64,000 bases of DNA, taken from assembly GCF_009914755.1 (NCBI RefSeq), contig NC_060929.1; one strand, written 5' to 3'. Source of the stretch: the human T2T-CHM13v2.0 reference genome, Homo sapiens. The notes below the pieces were generated by a model that was given only the letters and a program-made list of their open reading frames with translations, had not been told where the DNA came from and did not search any database. The translations under genes were made by a program, and so were the position numbers. Shown here piece by piece: positions 26,649 through 43,105 of the stretch (positions within the stretch are counted from its first letter, which is position 1; each line of letters opens with the position of its first letter).

Positions 26649-26944
26649 TTTTTTTTTTTTTTTGAGATGGAGTCTTGCTCTGTCCCCCAGGCTGGAGTGT
26701 AATGGCATGATCTCGGCTTACTGCAACCTCTGCCTCCGGAGTTCAAACGATTCTCTTGCCTCAGCCTCCTGAGTAGTTGGGATTACAGGCGCCCACCACC
26801 ATGCCCAGCTAATTTTTGTATTTTTAGTAGAGACGGGGTTTCGCCATGTTGGTCAGGCCAATCTCGAACTCTGACCTCAGGTGATCTGCCTGCCTTGGCC
26901 TCCCAAAGTGCTGGGATTACACGTGTGAGCCACCACGCCCAGCC
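26649..26944 (-). mobile_element. AluS
   Basis: Full antisense Alu; flanking TGAACATTCC repeat. Confidence 0.92.
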
Positions 26945-29776
26945 CTTGAACATTCCTTTTTTTTTTTTTTTTAACAAGAGCATGTACGTGTATTGCCTGT
27001 TAAGATTAAAACAAAATTTAAACAAAGCAGCAGCTATATTTTGTTCATGTTGGTTGTCCATGTGTGTGGCACATTTCATGGATTCTGTCCTTCCTGTGTT
27101 ACTATTACCTTCATGTTCTCACCATCTCCACAAGGCTTTGCCCTGACTACCTTATTTAAAATTACAACAGCCCCCACCCTGACATTCCCTGACCTTTTTA
27201 TCCTAATATACCTCTTCTTTTCTTTTCATATCACTTACTGCCTTACAACATATATAATTTATTTACTTATCCAGTTGATTTTTACTTTGTGTCTCTCCAT
27301 TCCCCTCTAGAGTGGAAGCAGTGTGGGGTCCGTATCTGTTTGGTTCACTGATACATCTTTGGCTTCCAGAACAGTGCCTAGTATACAGTAGGTGCTCAAC
27401 ACGTATTAGTTGATCCATTGTTTTTTAAGGGGCAAAGAATGACTGTCCCACCCGCAGGCCCCCAAGCTGTTGGGGTTTAAGGGGAAGCCAACTGCATAGA
27501 AGGGAGTTCCAGTGCCTGCTCCCCTTGACTTCCTTCCCTTCTCGAGAGGGTCACTACCACGTATTAAAGTGGACAAAAGGCAAGCACATAGAGAGGGCAG
27601 GAATAACACAAAGAGCCGAGATTTTCCCCAAGAAGCTTCATGGAATCAGAAACTAAAGCAAATTCTTAAGGCCAAAAAGCCATGTTCTTCAGCTCTATCT
27701 AGAAGGACAATACAACCCGCCCCCTTCACCACCACCTTCCCCAGCTCAGAATAGCTGCCAAGTTGCAATGGTTGCTGGAAGCCAGGATAGAGACCTTCTG
27801 GGGCAGGTGACAGCTGGGTGCAGATGTCAGGTTGCAACTGGGAAAGGCTGTGCTCCCAAGGGAGCTGTGCAAATGAGCCACTGAGGGGCTGGAGTTTGGG
27901 CAGGAGCCTCATCAGCATGTCAGCACTGGGCCTCCCAGGGCAACCAGCCACAGGCCACATCTGCGATGATCCAACTCAGCCCTACCAGGGCCCTCGCCCA
28001 GCACTGTTTTCCTTTTTCTAGAGCAGAAACAGTCCCTCAGCTACTCTGGCCCATGCTCCCTTCCACAAGGGATGGCATCTTACTCAATCAGATTGCACAA
28101 GCCTGACACGGGGCGTCATCCCCTGCCAAGCAATGGATCTTCAACTCGTTATCTATTTTCTCTTCTGCACATTTCTCATCAGCTTCACTTCATCAGCCCT
28201 GCCTACTCCCTGCTCCAAGCTTTTACCATCTTTCTTCAGGACAACCTTTAAATCTTCTAACTAGGACACCCATTTGCTTCTAGAGTGACTTTCATTTTTT
28301 AAAACTATTTTAAAAATTCAAATATAATACACACAGAAAAAGGCGAACAAATCATAAATATACAACTAGATGAATTATCACAACGTGAATACACTAAGTA
28401 ATCCCCATGCAGGTCAAACAGTAGATTAACAGCTTCAGAAGCATCTATGGGCCCCTTGCAGGAACTACACCTCTCTCCTGCCTAAAGATATCCCAAAGAG
28501 TGATCAATCCTTGTCAACAGAAAATTGCATCATGTCACCACTGTCCTCTTCCTATGGAATACAGACCAAAGTCCTGACCAAGGCTATGTGGCCTGGGCAT
28601 AGACGGGCTCCTCCTGGCTTTCCAGCCTCATCTCATAGCTCCTTGGGACCCAAGCACACAAACCTTTAAGTTCCTTCAATCCACAGGGCCCTCTCCCATG
28701 ACAGAGCCTCCCTACTAGTGGGTCCTGGGACCAGGAAAGCTCCTTCATCACTTGCCCTCACAGCCTGGTTAAGTCCTGTTCCTCCTTCATGTCTCAGCTC
28801 AAATGTCACCACCTCAGGGAAACCTTCCTGGATTTCCCAGATTAGGTCAAATCCTCGTTACTCTCTTCTGAGCACCCTGAGCCTCTCCTTCACAGCACAT
28901 ATCACTGTTGCAGTGACACATATCCCAGAGTCACTGCCCCAGCAGAATGTGAGCTCCTGGAGGCAAAGCTGCCATCTGCCTTCCTCGTCATTGCCTGGCC
29001 CAGAGTGCAGGTGCATAAGCCGGTTTAGAATAGCAGAACTGAAGAAGTGATGAGGTTTCATCTATCACTTCTCCAGGGGGTCCATGTCCCCCAGCTAGGA
29101 GGTGGGGAATCTTTGATGGCAGACTGGAGACTGTGAGTGGCCCCAGGGCAGGAGGCTGTCTCACTCAGCTGGATGAGACCTGGGTTCAAGTCCTAGCTCC
29201 TCCACTCACAACTGTGCAATGTCGGGCAAGTCCCTTCAATCCTATGAGGCCTGGCAACCTCCAAGAGAAATGAGGGCTGCAGCAACTCCCTTCTTGGAAT
29301 GGCTGTGAGGAGGCAGGTGGCAGCCCAATGTCATCACAGCAGCCCCCACTCAGAGCAGCTGCCTCCCACTGTTCGCTTGTAGAGAGACACCCACCTGGGA
29401 CCCGGGGCCCAGGAGAAGCTGTGCTTGGGGGCTGTGTTTTGGGGTGCCTGCCACTGGCTGGGCAGCTTCCTGCACCCGGGACTCCTGCCAGCAGTCCCAG
29501 GGGTGCAGGTGCAGGGTATGCACAGCCTCCACCACTTAACAGACAGCTGGGTCCCCGCTGTCCCTGACACTTCCTGACCTACGGCTCAGCACCTAGGGGT
29601 GACAGGGGTGAGGCTGGCCCCGTGTTCTCTGAACATGCCTCTAGTGTGGGTTTTTCAGAACAACAGTCTGAGTGGACTGCTCGCCCGACCCACTCCCTCC
29701 TCCCTCTGCTGGCACCCCTGTTCTCCTGTAACCCCAAGTCTCTACACGCCTGCTTTCTCCCTTTCTTTCATCTCTC

Positions 29777-30174
29777 TGTTAGGGACTGAACTGTGCACTC
29801 ATCATTTAAAAAAAAAAAATCATATGCTGAAGCCCTAACCCTGAGTACCTCAGAATGTGACCATATTTAGAGATAAGGTCTTTAAAGAGGTGATTAGGAT
29901 AGAATGAGGCCACCTAATCCAATCTGGTGTCCTCATAAGAAGAGGAGAGTTGGACAGGCAGACACCAGGGAGGCAGAAGTGCATAGGAAAGGCCTCGTGA
30001 GAACACAGCAAGAGGGCGGCCACCTGCAAGCCACAGAGAGAGGCTTCAGAAATCAACCCTTCCAGCACCTTGACCTTGGACTCTTAGCCTCTAGAACTGT
30101 GAGAAAATAAGTGTCTGTTTTGAAGCCACCCAGTGTGCAGTACTCTGCTATAGCACCCTCAGCACACGAGTACA
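29777..30174 (+). mobile_element. MLT1-type MaLR solo LTR
   Basis: TG...CA termini, 5-bp TSD CTCTC, MLT1 wording (CAGAATGTGAC...TCTAGAACTGTGAGAAAATAA). Confidence 0.88.
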
Positions 30175-31278
30175 CTCTCCACCTCTCTCTCTCCACTCCT
30201 CCCCTCTCTTGCTTTTTTCCTTTCCTCTTTCCTTCTCTCTCCCTGTCAATCTTTCCTCTCTTTCTGCATGGATTTTTCCATCCTACCTCTGCCCCACATA
30301 AAAGGAAGGGGAGAGCAGCAGTTTCACAGCAGAGAAACAGAATGGATGCCCTCAGCCTTCCCAAACTGTACCACTGCCACACATCCCAAGGACCCTCCAA
30401 AGCCTGCAGCCAACCCCAGAGTCCTTAGGGTCAGAGACAGCTTGGGTTCCATGGAGCCCTCTGGATTACACCCAGAGAAAGCAGTCTCAGTTGAGGGGTC
30501 ACACCCAAAACACACAGGCCAGTTCCAGAAGGCACCCCACCCGGCCGCCACCCAGGAAACACCTGTGTCTGCACTGGGGGATCTCCTGCAGAAGGTGTGG
30601 TCAGAGCCATCAGAGCACACACACGCAGTGGGAACAGGCTGCTGGGCAGGCTATGCCTCCAAGAGCACCAGGGCTGGGCGGGGGAGAGTCTAGACCCCAC
30701 TCTCACCTCCCAGAGGCACCTGCCCCTTGGGATGGGCAAGGCATCAGGATACATCCCTAAGACTTTCCAATCAGTAGAAGGTACCAATAGGTACAATTTG
30801 GTAGGAAGAGTACTATGATGAGAGAAGTACAGTCCCATCAACCTCAGAATTGAGGAATCAGGATAGACTTCCTGGGAGAAGCGGCATCTAGGAGCAGATC
30901 TGAGGATGAGCAGGAGGTGGCCCCACCAAGGAGAGAAGGAGCGTATCAGGCAGAACAAGCAGCATTTACAAAGACCTAGCAGGCAGACGAGCATGGGGGA
31001 ACTGACAGAAGTTAATATGGGGTGGAAGGTGGGTAGTGGCTTGTCATAAAATAGGCCAACCCGGGAGAAAATGCCACATGGTTTAGGAGCTTCCTAGAGA
31101 GTCTATTTCCCCACGTTCGTTGCTCTAACCTGCTGTGCGCCCCCGTATTGACTGAATTGCAGAAAAGGCAGTCAGCTCATGACCCCACAAGTTTCACCTT
31201 CCCCACCTTTGCCATTACCCATTGAAAGTGGCCTTAAAAGCAATGTTCCCAGCCCAAGGTTGCTGATTATCCACTTAC

Positions 31279-31503
31279 CTGGGAAACGATGCAATTTGGT
31301 GCGGGGGGAATTGGCCGGCTTGGAGGAGGCCTCCTGGACGACTCCGTCCTCTCTATTTGAGACCCGGGCCCTGGGGAGTTCCTAGCAGCCCTGCTCAGGT
31401 GAGCTGGCAGTGGTGCAGGTGGGGACCCACCACGCAGATAATCTGGAGGGGGCCGGGGAGGAGGCTGGGAGGGCTTCCGCAGGATTTCCGGAGTGTTGAT
31501 CAC
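31279..31503 (-). CDS. ADAM19: ADAM19 exon 21 (VINTPEILRKPSQPPPRPPPDY...RPIPPAPNCIVSQ)
   Basis: TACAG| acceptor, CAG|GTAAGT donor; 225 nt; PxxP motifs. Confidence 0.94.
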
Positions 31504-31763
31504 CTGTACGCACAAGTCAAGGAACACCTGAGACAAGAAATCACTCAGGGCTGGCCTTGTGTGTCTCTTTGAGATAAACCAGAGCCCAAAGGGAGAACAG
31601 ACACACCAATCTATTAAACCCCTGAGGATCCCAGAAGTCAGATGCAACCTTTAAAGTCATTAGGGGATGTCAGAACCAAATAACATGTCTCTCCAGCCAA
31701 TAAAAGGGCTTTTATTACCAATCCCATGGGCCCACAGAGGCTCTTAGAAAAACACAGCATGGC

Positions 31764-32102
<339 letters not shown>

Positions 32103-32123
32103 TCAGTGGTGCAAAGCTCTTAC

Positions 32124-32208
32124 CTTTCGCTTGCCCTGGGGCGTCTGCAGCTTGAAAGTTGGGTTGGCATGACCAGTCCCGCTGTTCTGAGAAACCCTGA
32201 AGGGACAA
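32124..32208 (-). CDS. ADAM19: ADAM19 exon 20 ([28 protein letters not shown])
   Basis: TTTCTAG| acceptor, AAG|GTAAGA donor; 85 nt; phases fit neighbours. Confidence 0.92.
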
Positions 32209-32592
32209 CTAGAAACAAGAAATGGGGGAGGAAAAGAAAGGGGACGATGTTCAGCAGGGGACAGTGCCTGAGTTCCCTTTGACCCAAGCACGGCCAGCAA
32301 GCAGCTAAATCTTTCCCAAGTCTGCTCTGGAGGGAGTGGGATTGGTCTTCTCGAACCACATCTTCCTAAGTAGAAAAACGTGTGGCCAATGGAGAACTCT
32401 CAAGGAAACAGAGTTGGCCTTATACAAAGCAGAGCTCTCTCAGCACCTTCTCTTCACCCTTTTAAGACCCTTCCCCTGTGAGGAGACACAAGGGTGTCAC
32501 GAGCCATCAACCAATCCCCATCAGGCATAGATCCAGAAAGACCTGGGACTTAAAATCCCCTCCAGAACAAGTGTTATTTAATAGGTGACTCA

Positions 32593-33028
<436 letters not shown>

Positions 33029-33331
33029 TGGGGAATAAATCAACTAGACAAAGGATGGCAAATAGATTTTATTTTATATTTCAACTTGATTTGGTTGGGG
33101 ATATTCTGCTGAGAAGAACTCAGGAGTGATGACCAGAATCAGTAGAGTACTTACAATAAGATCAACTAGTAATGCCTGTCACAGTCATAGCAGGGGAGAG
33201 GGCAGCATGTATCTTGCACTTGTCTTCCCTGAATTAGACCCACTATCACCAACACTTTTGCTAAGTACCATTTATGGAGACCTTTGTGACCCATAAATTG
33301 ACCCTGAGTCCTCCATTGAACCCTGTCATAC

Positions 33332-33476
33332 CTGAACTGTTGCCTCAGCTTGGAAGGGAGAGCTGAGGGCTTGAGTTGGCCTAGTTTGTTGTTCTGTCTG
33401 CAGCAGTAGTACATCAGCATGAGGACCGCCAGCACCAAGATGGCCACCAACACTCCAGCTACCACAGGACCCACAC
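33332..33476 (-). CDS. ADAM19: ADAM19 exon 19, transmembrane helix (VGPVVAGVLVAILVLAVLMLMYYCC...)
   Basis: GAAG| acceptor, AG|GTATGA donor; 145 nt; hydrophobic ~21-residue span. Confidence 0.94.
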
Positions 33477-33633
33477 CTTCCAGAAACAGAACCCAAGTGG
33501 GAGATTTAGAAGCTGTCTCGGCTACAGCAGATTTCAAAATAGGTATTCGTGCTTCTTCTTCAGGCATTTGATTTGCATTTAATTTGTATTACTTATTTTA
33601 ACTTACAAATTATAATTAAAAACACACATTATG

Positions 33634-33957
<324 letters not shown>

Positions 33958-34637
33958 TTAAGACTAGACATCTCACCCATAATCCATAACTTAACATTTG
34001 GTTTCATCAAAACTACCCCAATATTCTCTCAAGTGGTTAATGTAAATATAGAGAACGTATTTGTACTAACAAAACACTACTTTTTATCAGTTTTACATAT
34101 TGGGGTTTCTTCCTTGAAAGATTTTGGTGCTTTTTTTTTAAAGTTATTTGCTATTTTTTTTAAAAAAAAAACTTTAGAAATCATAGTGCTAGAATCCTTG
34201 AGAGATCCACTAAAATACTATAAAATTTTCTGAGTGTCTGGTTCTCCATTTTAACTTGTGTCCATCAGAGGAAATCTAAACCACCATAATGTGTCCCAGG
34301 TTCATGATTATTTTTAAGTGCCCAAAGAGAAATAGTCACCGTGTCCCCTAAAAAGAATGGGAACATTCAATGACCTACAGTCTCTCTTACTCTCACTCTA
34401 CTAAGCGGGCTCCCCCTCCTCAGTAGAAAGGATGGGAGAAGAGAGACTGAACCGTGTCCCCACACCACACTATGAGCAGTCGCTCCTCTCTCTTGGTCTG
34501 TCTTTATCCTGATTTCCTCTCTACAAAATCAGGACAATGAAGCTGATTCAATGTGGATGCTCTGCAACATGCCACCTGCCCCTGATGCCCGCTCTTCTCA
34601 CAAAAGCGGGCAGTGGCCCCAGCAGGCTGGCACTCAC

Positions 34638-34746
34638 TCTCAGGGGGCATAGGCCCACTGTCGATACTGCCCCCGTGGCCCGGTGTGTTGCAGAAGGGCG
34701 GGGCCCAGCCCGGCAGGCAGTGGCAGTTCTGGTTGTTGTTACAGAC
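34638..34746 (-). CDS. ADAM19: ADAM19 exon 18, EGF-like domain ([19 protein letters not shown]...)
   Basis: CTCCAG| and |GTGAGT; 109 nt; CxCxxGWxPPxC motif. Confidence 0.95.
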
Positions 34747-34857
34747 CTGGAGCAAAGAAAGGGCAGAGGCATCAGCACCCCAGAGAGCATCAGCCACCCA
34801 CAGGGCCTGCCCTCATGACGTCCCCATGACACAGAGAAGCCAGAACCCAGCACGCAC

Positions 34858-34935
34858 CCCATGGCCATTGCACTTCTTCCCACAGCCTTCAGTTTCAAAG
34901 AAGGAGGTGTTCCTGCACTGCCCCTCAAAGCAAAT
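34858..34935 (-). CDS. ADAM19: ADAM19 exon 17 ([26 protein letters not shown])
   Basis: TGCAG| and |GTGCGT; 78 nt; phase 0-0. Confidence 0.94.
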
Positions 34936-34962
34936 CTGCACGGAGAGAAAACAGAACGATCA

Positions 34963-35397
<435 letters not shown>

Positions 35398-35995
35398 CTA
35401 AGGACAGGACAACAGCCAACTAAATTCTGCTATTACTTTTGTGATTAGGGAGAAAACGACAAATATATTGTTAAAGTATCATATTTAACAATACAATATT
35501 ATTTATGTGTTATCACATTAAAGGACTATTATGTTGATTATGTTAATTACTTGTCATTAATATGTATCAATTTTAACATTATATTTAAAAATAATGATGG
35601 TGACAGTACTCTGTGCCAGGTGCTATGCTAAATGCTTCATGTTTTCCATAGTTTCATTATCAGAATCGACTCTGGAGGATAGAGTCTGTGCTATTATTTT
35701 GCTCAGGCTTCCCTAACTCCTAGTCCTTTTTTAATTCCTATGATAATTAGCGATGAGGATGAAAGTGGCACTAGCTAGGCCACCTAAGTGCTTTACTGGG
35801 ATGATTTTCTTTAATCCTTCTGACAGTTCTCTGGGGTGGGTGCCTGCTGTCACTATACACGCTTCATGAAGGGAGCCACCAAGGCTCAGAGGTTGGCGAG
35901 GTGGCATCTGAGCCCAGGCATCCTTCCCTCAGACCTCACTTCTCAATCACTCTGCTCTGCAGCTGGCTCCTAGGTGAGCAGGGGAGGGGACTCAC

Positions 35996-36200
35996 ATGGT
36001 TGTAGCCACACTTGGTTCCAGTCATCACCAGCCCTGGGTCCAGCATGTCACCCTCCTCCTCAGGACCTCGGTAGACGTGGGTGCCCCGGCACTGGATCTG
36101 CCTCCCATTCATGATGATAGTGGTGTCAATGGGCACCGCGTTGGACTCCAGGGGCCGGGCCTCAGAGCTCTGACACTGGATCTTCCCACACTTCGCATCT
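35996..36200 (-). CDS. ADAM19: ADAM19 exon 16, cysteine-rich domain (DAKCGKIQC...DPGLVMTGTKCGYNH)
   Basis: CCCAG| and |GTGAGT; 205 nt. Confidence 0.95.
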
Positions 36201-37129
36201 CTGGGCACAAGAGACAGAGAGGGAAGGAAGCGGAATCAGAGGCAGAGGAAGAGCTGGGGCACCAGAGAGCTTCAGTCTTTCTTGATCAAGACAGCAGGCT
36301 TGCGTGGGGTGGGGCAAAGGTTTAGGGCAGTCATGTGCTTTGGAACCCACCAGGAGAGATTCCATGTGGACTGACACCAAGGGAAGAGAACAGGCTCCTT
36401 GACCCTGAGCAAATCTAGACCAGAGAACTGGCCTCGAAAAGTCCTTAACTCCAAGAATAGCCACCTGAGCTGAGCAATCTTTCCCTTTTTGCCCCTTATA
36501 CCGCTGTCCACCCAGGAGTTCCAGCTAGAAATCTGGGGTCATCTCCAACTCCCCATTCTCCCTCACTCCTGGGCTCAAGCCATTTTCAAACCCTATCAAT
36601 CTTCCCTCCTTAATTATCTATCTTATTATCTATCTACCTTAATTCACACTGCCCCACCCCCCTTACCTGGTCTGCAGAAGATTGATTTCCCTGCCTCCAG
36701 TCTGCCTCATAGGAGTCTAATTTTCACACTGCTCTCAAGCTAAAATCTAAACTCCCCTAGCCATGCATTTTAGGCTTTTCATGATCTGGTCCATGCTAAA
36801 CTATCCAGGCTAATTTCTCAGCAGACCTTCTCCTTTGCACCCCAACATTATACTTTAACTGTATCAAACTGTTCTCAGTTCTTTCAACCACCAGTTTTTC
36901 TCTATTCATCTCTCTTCCTGGATTATTCTCCTATGCACCAGCACCACCTTCCACCCTGTTCACCGAGGTAACTGCTCCAGATCTCAGTGTAGGTATAACT
37001 TCCTTTGGGAAACCACTCTGACACACTAAGATGGGTTGGATGGCTCTCTCCACATTGCCATTGTCATACTATATTGTTAATTAGAAGTTCCATGCACTCA
37101 GCACAATATCTTGCACATGGTAAATCTTC

Positions 37130-37385
37130 AATAGATAGTAGATAGACAGTAAATCTTCAATAGATAGTAGATGGATAGATGGACGGACAGATGGATGGAT
37201 GGATGGATGAGTGGGTGAGTGGGTGGTGGAGGATGGATAGATGGATGGATCAGTGGGTGAGTGGGTGGTAGATGGATGGATAGATGGATGGATGGATGGA
37301 TGGATGGATGGGTAGACAGATGAGTGGATGGTTGGTTGGAATGAATGATGAATAAATGAATGAATGAGTGAATTAATGAATGAGG
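37130..37385. repeat. Compound (GATA)/(GGAT)/(GAAT) microsatellite at an L2 3' end
   Basis: Direct reading; explains the spurious HPSI-repeat ORF. Confidence 0.9.
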
Positions 37386-37705
37386 AGCTATTCAAATTAG
37401 GGCATGATTAGAATTTGGCAGAAATGACCCAAAAGGGCTGATTCCCTGCCCTACTGTAAGATGGTCCCCAAAGGAAGCCCGATCAGCTTTCTAGGAAGCA
37501 CTGCCACCCACACCCTCCTCTGACTTCCTCAGAGCTGAAAAGTGCATTGTCAAACAGGGGGCCGAGAATAGATGACTGACTTCAACTGATTGACGTAAAG
37601 GTGCAGCTCTGGGGCCAGTCACACTGCTGAGTTGGGCAACAGTGAGGACAGAGCAGAAACTGCTTGTTCATCCTCATTTCATGAGGCCTGCCCTTTGGTC
37701 ATCAC

Positions 37706-37814
37706 CTCATGTTGCACTTCCTGTGTTCACCATTCATGTCCTTTCCACAGTTTCCAAAGGTGTCTCCTGCCACATTCACCTTCTCGAAGCAGAGGTCAGG
37801 GGCAGGTCGGGCTC
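37706..37814 (-). CDS. ADAM19: ADAM19 exon 15 (ARPAPDLCFEKVNVAGDTFGNCGKDMNGEHRKCNM)
   Basis: CCCAG| and AG|GTGATG; 109 nt; GDxFGNCG motif of the ADAM Cys-rich domain; missed by ORF track. Confidence 0.93.
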
Positions 37815-38008
37815 CTGGGTGGGCAAGCAACATCTATCAGTATACTCATCTGTCAGAAGCCCCCAAGGGCAAAGGTATCTTTGGTAAAGTCATGAAGGTA
37901 AGAATATTTTCTGGGAGGGAATACTCAGCCTCTTCTTCCTGTTCCCTCCAGGTTACTCCATCCCCATATTCTCAACAAGATCTACTCAGAGAATAATGTT
38001 TTATATAA

Positions 38009-39162
<1,154 letters not shown>

Positions 39163-39908
39163 TGAAAGCATATTTTATTTGCTGTTCTACACCTTGCATT
39201 TTTCACTTAATTTTTTGTGGAAGATGATTTTATTCAGTAAATATAGGGCTGCCTCCTTATTTAGCCATAAAGCATTGCATTATATGAATGTACCAGAATT
39301 AATTTAATTGGTCCCTACTGAAGGACACATAGGTTGTTGTTGCTATGGCTAACAATGGTGCAGTAAACATCATAGTAAATATATCCTCACATACATGTGC
39401 AAGTGTTAGCTGCATTTCTAAGTATATCTCCAAATTGCTTTCCATAGTGGTTATATCTACCTGTTTCTTCACACCCTCCACAACACTATATCATTATTAT
39501 TGTTGTTATATTATTATTATCTTAACTTTCAGTCTTTGCAATCTGATATATGAAAAATCTCACCTCATCATAATTATACTTTGCTTTCCCTTAATATGAC
39601 TGAGATTAAACGTCTTTTCATAGCTTAAGGGCCATTTGCATTTGCTTCTCTGTCTCCATCCTCTGCTCATTTTTCTTTTGGATTACTCTTATTCAATTGT
39701 CCACTCTGAGAAATAAAAGCATCAAGGGACTGGGAAGGAACACTGTCCTCTGGTTCTCCCTGAACATCTACCCTGAGTCAAGGGGATGAAAGAGGTAGTA
39801 TCTAGAGGTGCCATTTGAAGCCAAGATTCCAAACTACCCTGAGGGCCAGGGGAGGCTGGCTGGGAAGTGGTGGGCTGGGGAGAGCCGTGCTCCCCAGGAG
39901 AGCCTTAC

Positions 39909-40104
39909 CGGGTCCCCACAGCTGCTGGCACTGCTCCTGGTAGGTGAGGCACATGCCGTTGTAGCAGTAGGCCTGGCCGCCCTCACAGGGGGTACCATCC
40001 ATCTGGTAGAAGTTGGTAGGGCAGTGGGGAGACTTGCCCGTACAGAACTCCGGGAGGTCACACTGCCTGGCCTGCTCGCGGCACAGGGTCCCAGGAGCCA
40101 ACAG
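39909..40104 (-). CDS. ADAM19: ADAM19 exon 14, disintegrin loop (CREQARQCDLPEFCTG...CQQLWGP)
   Basis: CTCAG| and |GTAAGG; 196 nt; CDLPEFC disintegrin signature. Confidence 0.96.
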
Positions 40105-40583
40105 CTGAGCCAAGGAATGAGAGGAAAACACAGTCAATCTCCTCCCCACCCTCAACCCTGTTGCCCAAGGGCTCATAAGGATCACTCTCATAGAACAGAA
40201 TTTTCCATTACCATGATTTCACAGCACTTTTTACATGACCTCATTAGCCCAAACCACCTTCAGCCTTCTCATGTGAATACTGACAGAATTTCAAGCTGTT
40301 TTCACAAATGCTAACTCACTTTCTCTTCATAGAAGTCTTAAGAAAGAGGCAAGAAATAATACCTATACAACAATTTACAGTTTCCTACATGCTTTAGTAA
40401 TAGCAGCTACTTTTATGCAGCTCCCACTTAAGTGTCCAGTACAAATATGACTTCACTTAGTTTTCATGACAGTCCTGTGTGATATAATTATCCCTTCTGC
40501 AGATGATAAAATCTGTAGGCTTAAAGAGGTTAGACGATGCATCCAAAGACTCATAGTAAGTGGCAGAGGAGCCAGGCCCACTA

Positions 40584-40585
<2 letters not shown>

Positions 40586-40616
<31 letters not shown>
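40586..40616. repeat. (CA)n microsatellite
   Basis: Direct reading. Confidence 0.95.
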
Positions 40617-40619
<3 letters not shown>

Positions 40620-41699
40620 CTAGCATTCACATAACATCTGTGAGTTTACAAAGCACCTCAGCAATAATATATCCCCACTATGGGGCCAGGCACTGGGCTG
40701 AGTGTGTGACATACACGTATCTCGTGGGATCCTCACAGCTTCCATGGGATAGATACTGCTATTTGTCCCACTTTGCAGATCAATAAGTTGATCAACAGCA
40801 CACCTGGGGCAAAGGGCGAAGAGTCTTACAGCCTCCCTGGGTAGTCGGTGTTACTAATACTCTTTCCATTTTACAGATAAAGAACCTAGGCTCAGAGAGT
40901 TAATAGGTTGCCCCAAATCACACAACCAGGGTTTGAAGTCAGTCTTGGACACCAGGGAATCCTTTCTGAGGCTCAAACGGAAATTCTTGTGTGGAGTGAA
41001 GGGGTCCACTCCATGCTTATGCTTAGGCCTTGGGCCAAGACTGGAAGAACTTGACCCAGCACAGCCTCCCAGGGGGACGCACAGCCAAACCAGATGCCGT
41101 GCACATTCCGAGAGCCAGGCAAGGAAACCAGTGACTGAGAACAGACCCCCTCCCCTGCTCCTGGGCCACTCCTCCCACCCACAGGGTCCTTCCAGGAGAA
41201 GGCAGACAGGCTTCTCCACCGGCCACTCTCAGGCCAAGACTGGGCCAGCTGAGCAGCTTGCTGAGAGTGGATGCCCAGTCGCAAGTGTGGGCATGGGTGG
41301 TGTATGCAGGAGGAGGCTGCAGGACACACCTCTGCCATCCAGAGGCAGGTGGAGGCAAAGAGGACCTGCCCCACAGCCAGCCTGCCTGGGCACACATCCC
41401 AGCTCCTTAACCGGCAGCGGGGCCTTGGGCACCTGCTGTGTAACCTGTGTGTGCTCACTCACCCACAACTCAGGATAATAACCCACTAATGGGTGATTAA
41501 ACGTGAGTTAGAACTAAGTATGTGAATGGTATCTGGCCCCTAACGAGCACTCAGCAAGTGCTAGGCAGAAGCCCAGGCCCACAGTTCCTGCCTAAAATGA
41601 TGGGGCCAGATGGGGTTCAGGCTTTTCAGATTTAGAAAGCAGATATTGTAATACATAGGTCCATATGTACATGTGTGTACATATATAATTACACATGTG

Positions 41700-41701
41700 T
41701 G

Positions 41702-41738
<37 letters not shown>
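41700..41738. repeat. (TA)n microsatellite inside a probable Tigger-type DNA transposon fossil (~41580-42010)
   Basis: Direct reading of the TA run; host element from recall only. Confidence 0.8.
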
Positions 41739-41740
<2 letters not shown>

Positions 41741-42599
41741 ATATGGATAATTACATATGTCCGCATATATAACTACATATGTATATTACATAACCCCCCA
41801 GCAAGGCTGGGGATAACACCTTCTGATCAAACATATTAATATTTCTGTAATGCAATATAAATATTCACTTTAGGAGTGATTTTTTTTTAAAAAGACTATA
41901 ATTCATCTCATGTCAATTCAGGTCAAGTTTTGCCACCAAATGTGTTTACATTTTTTTTCAGCTTTTAGAACTCCCTTAATTTCAGAATTGTGGAAGAGAG
42001 ATTGTGGTTCTACGGTAACACTAGCAGCAACAGACAATTTATCTCTCACATCAATATTAGGAATGTGGGCACCAGAGTCAGGGAAAGCTGGATTCAGTCC
42101 CTTCCTGACTGCCTGATTCCAGATAAACCTCTTATCCCCTATAAGCTCTAGTTTCCACATCTTAAAATAAGGATAGTCACATATATTTTATGGGGTTTTT
42201 GTGAGGAGAGAATGAGATAACGTACATAAAATTCCCAGCACAGTGCCTGGCATCTACTAAGAGGTCCATTAATGTCAATACAAATGATGATAATTATTAT
42301 TGTTTATGAGCTCAATAAAATCAAGCCCACTCTCTCTGGATACTTCTTTAAAAAAGAAAAAAAAAAGTACCATTTCCAAAGAAGCGCCACCCTCCTCTGG
42401 GATGATCTGAATTCAGTGAGGCCCAGTATAGGAATAGTAAATTTTATTCAAGGCACCTTTTCCGCTCTGTGTTTCTGAAACTCTGTTGCCATCACAGCCC
42501 CAGGATGGAGGCAAATCCCCAGCCATCCACCCCAGCAGAGCAGTCCTGTGGTCCCACTGTCAGGCCAGGGCCCAAGGCGTGGAGAAAAGGGCCACTTAC

Positions 42600-42689
42600 C
42601 TTACACTGGTGGCAGCAGGAGCCGTGAGCACACTCCGCCCCCGGCCTCAGGGTACAATTAGAGGCATTGCAGCAGGGGTTGTTACATTC
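42600..42689 (-). CDS. ADAM19: ADAM19 exon 13 ([30 protein letters not shown])
   Basis: CCCAG| and AAG|GTAAGT; 90 nt. Confidence 0.96.
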
Positions 42690-42800
42690 CTGGGGAGGCA
42701 GTGGGGTGGGTGTGAGTGGGGGAGGGCCTTCACCACCCCCAACATTTTCCCCACCCTTGCCCACACACCCCTGGAACCCCAGCTCTCTAGCAACTATCTC

Positions 42801-43105
42801 TTTTTTTTTTTTTTTTTTTTTGAGAGGGAGTCTCGATCTGTCACCCAGGCTGGAGTGCAGTGATGCAATATCTCGGGTCACTGCAACCTCTGCTTCCTGG
42901 GTTCAAGCGATTCTCCCGCCTCAGCCTCCGAAGTAACTCAGACCACAGGCACACCCCACCACACCTGGCTAATTTTTGTATTTTTAATAGCGATTGGGTT
43001 TTGTCATGTTGGCCAGGCTGGTTTCAAACTTCTGACCTCAAGTGATCCACCTGCCTCGGCCTCCCAAAGTGCTGGGATTATAGGCATGAACCACCGCACC
43101 TGGCC
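42801..43105 (-). mobile_element. AluS
   Basis: Full antisense Alu ~110 nt upstream of the exon 13 acceptor. Confidence 0.92.

Noticed and set aside
30111-30994. Cluster of overlapping 100-187 aa ORFs in ADAM19 intron 21 (similar cluster at 40854-41486)
   Set aside because: No recognisable domain, start context or splice pattern; expected in GC-rich intronic DNA.
37081-37395. HPSI-repeat ORF
   Set aside because: Translation of a (GGAT)n microsatellite.
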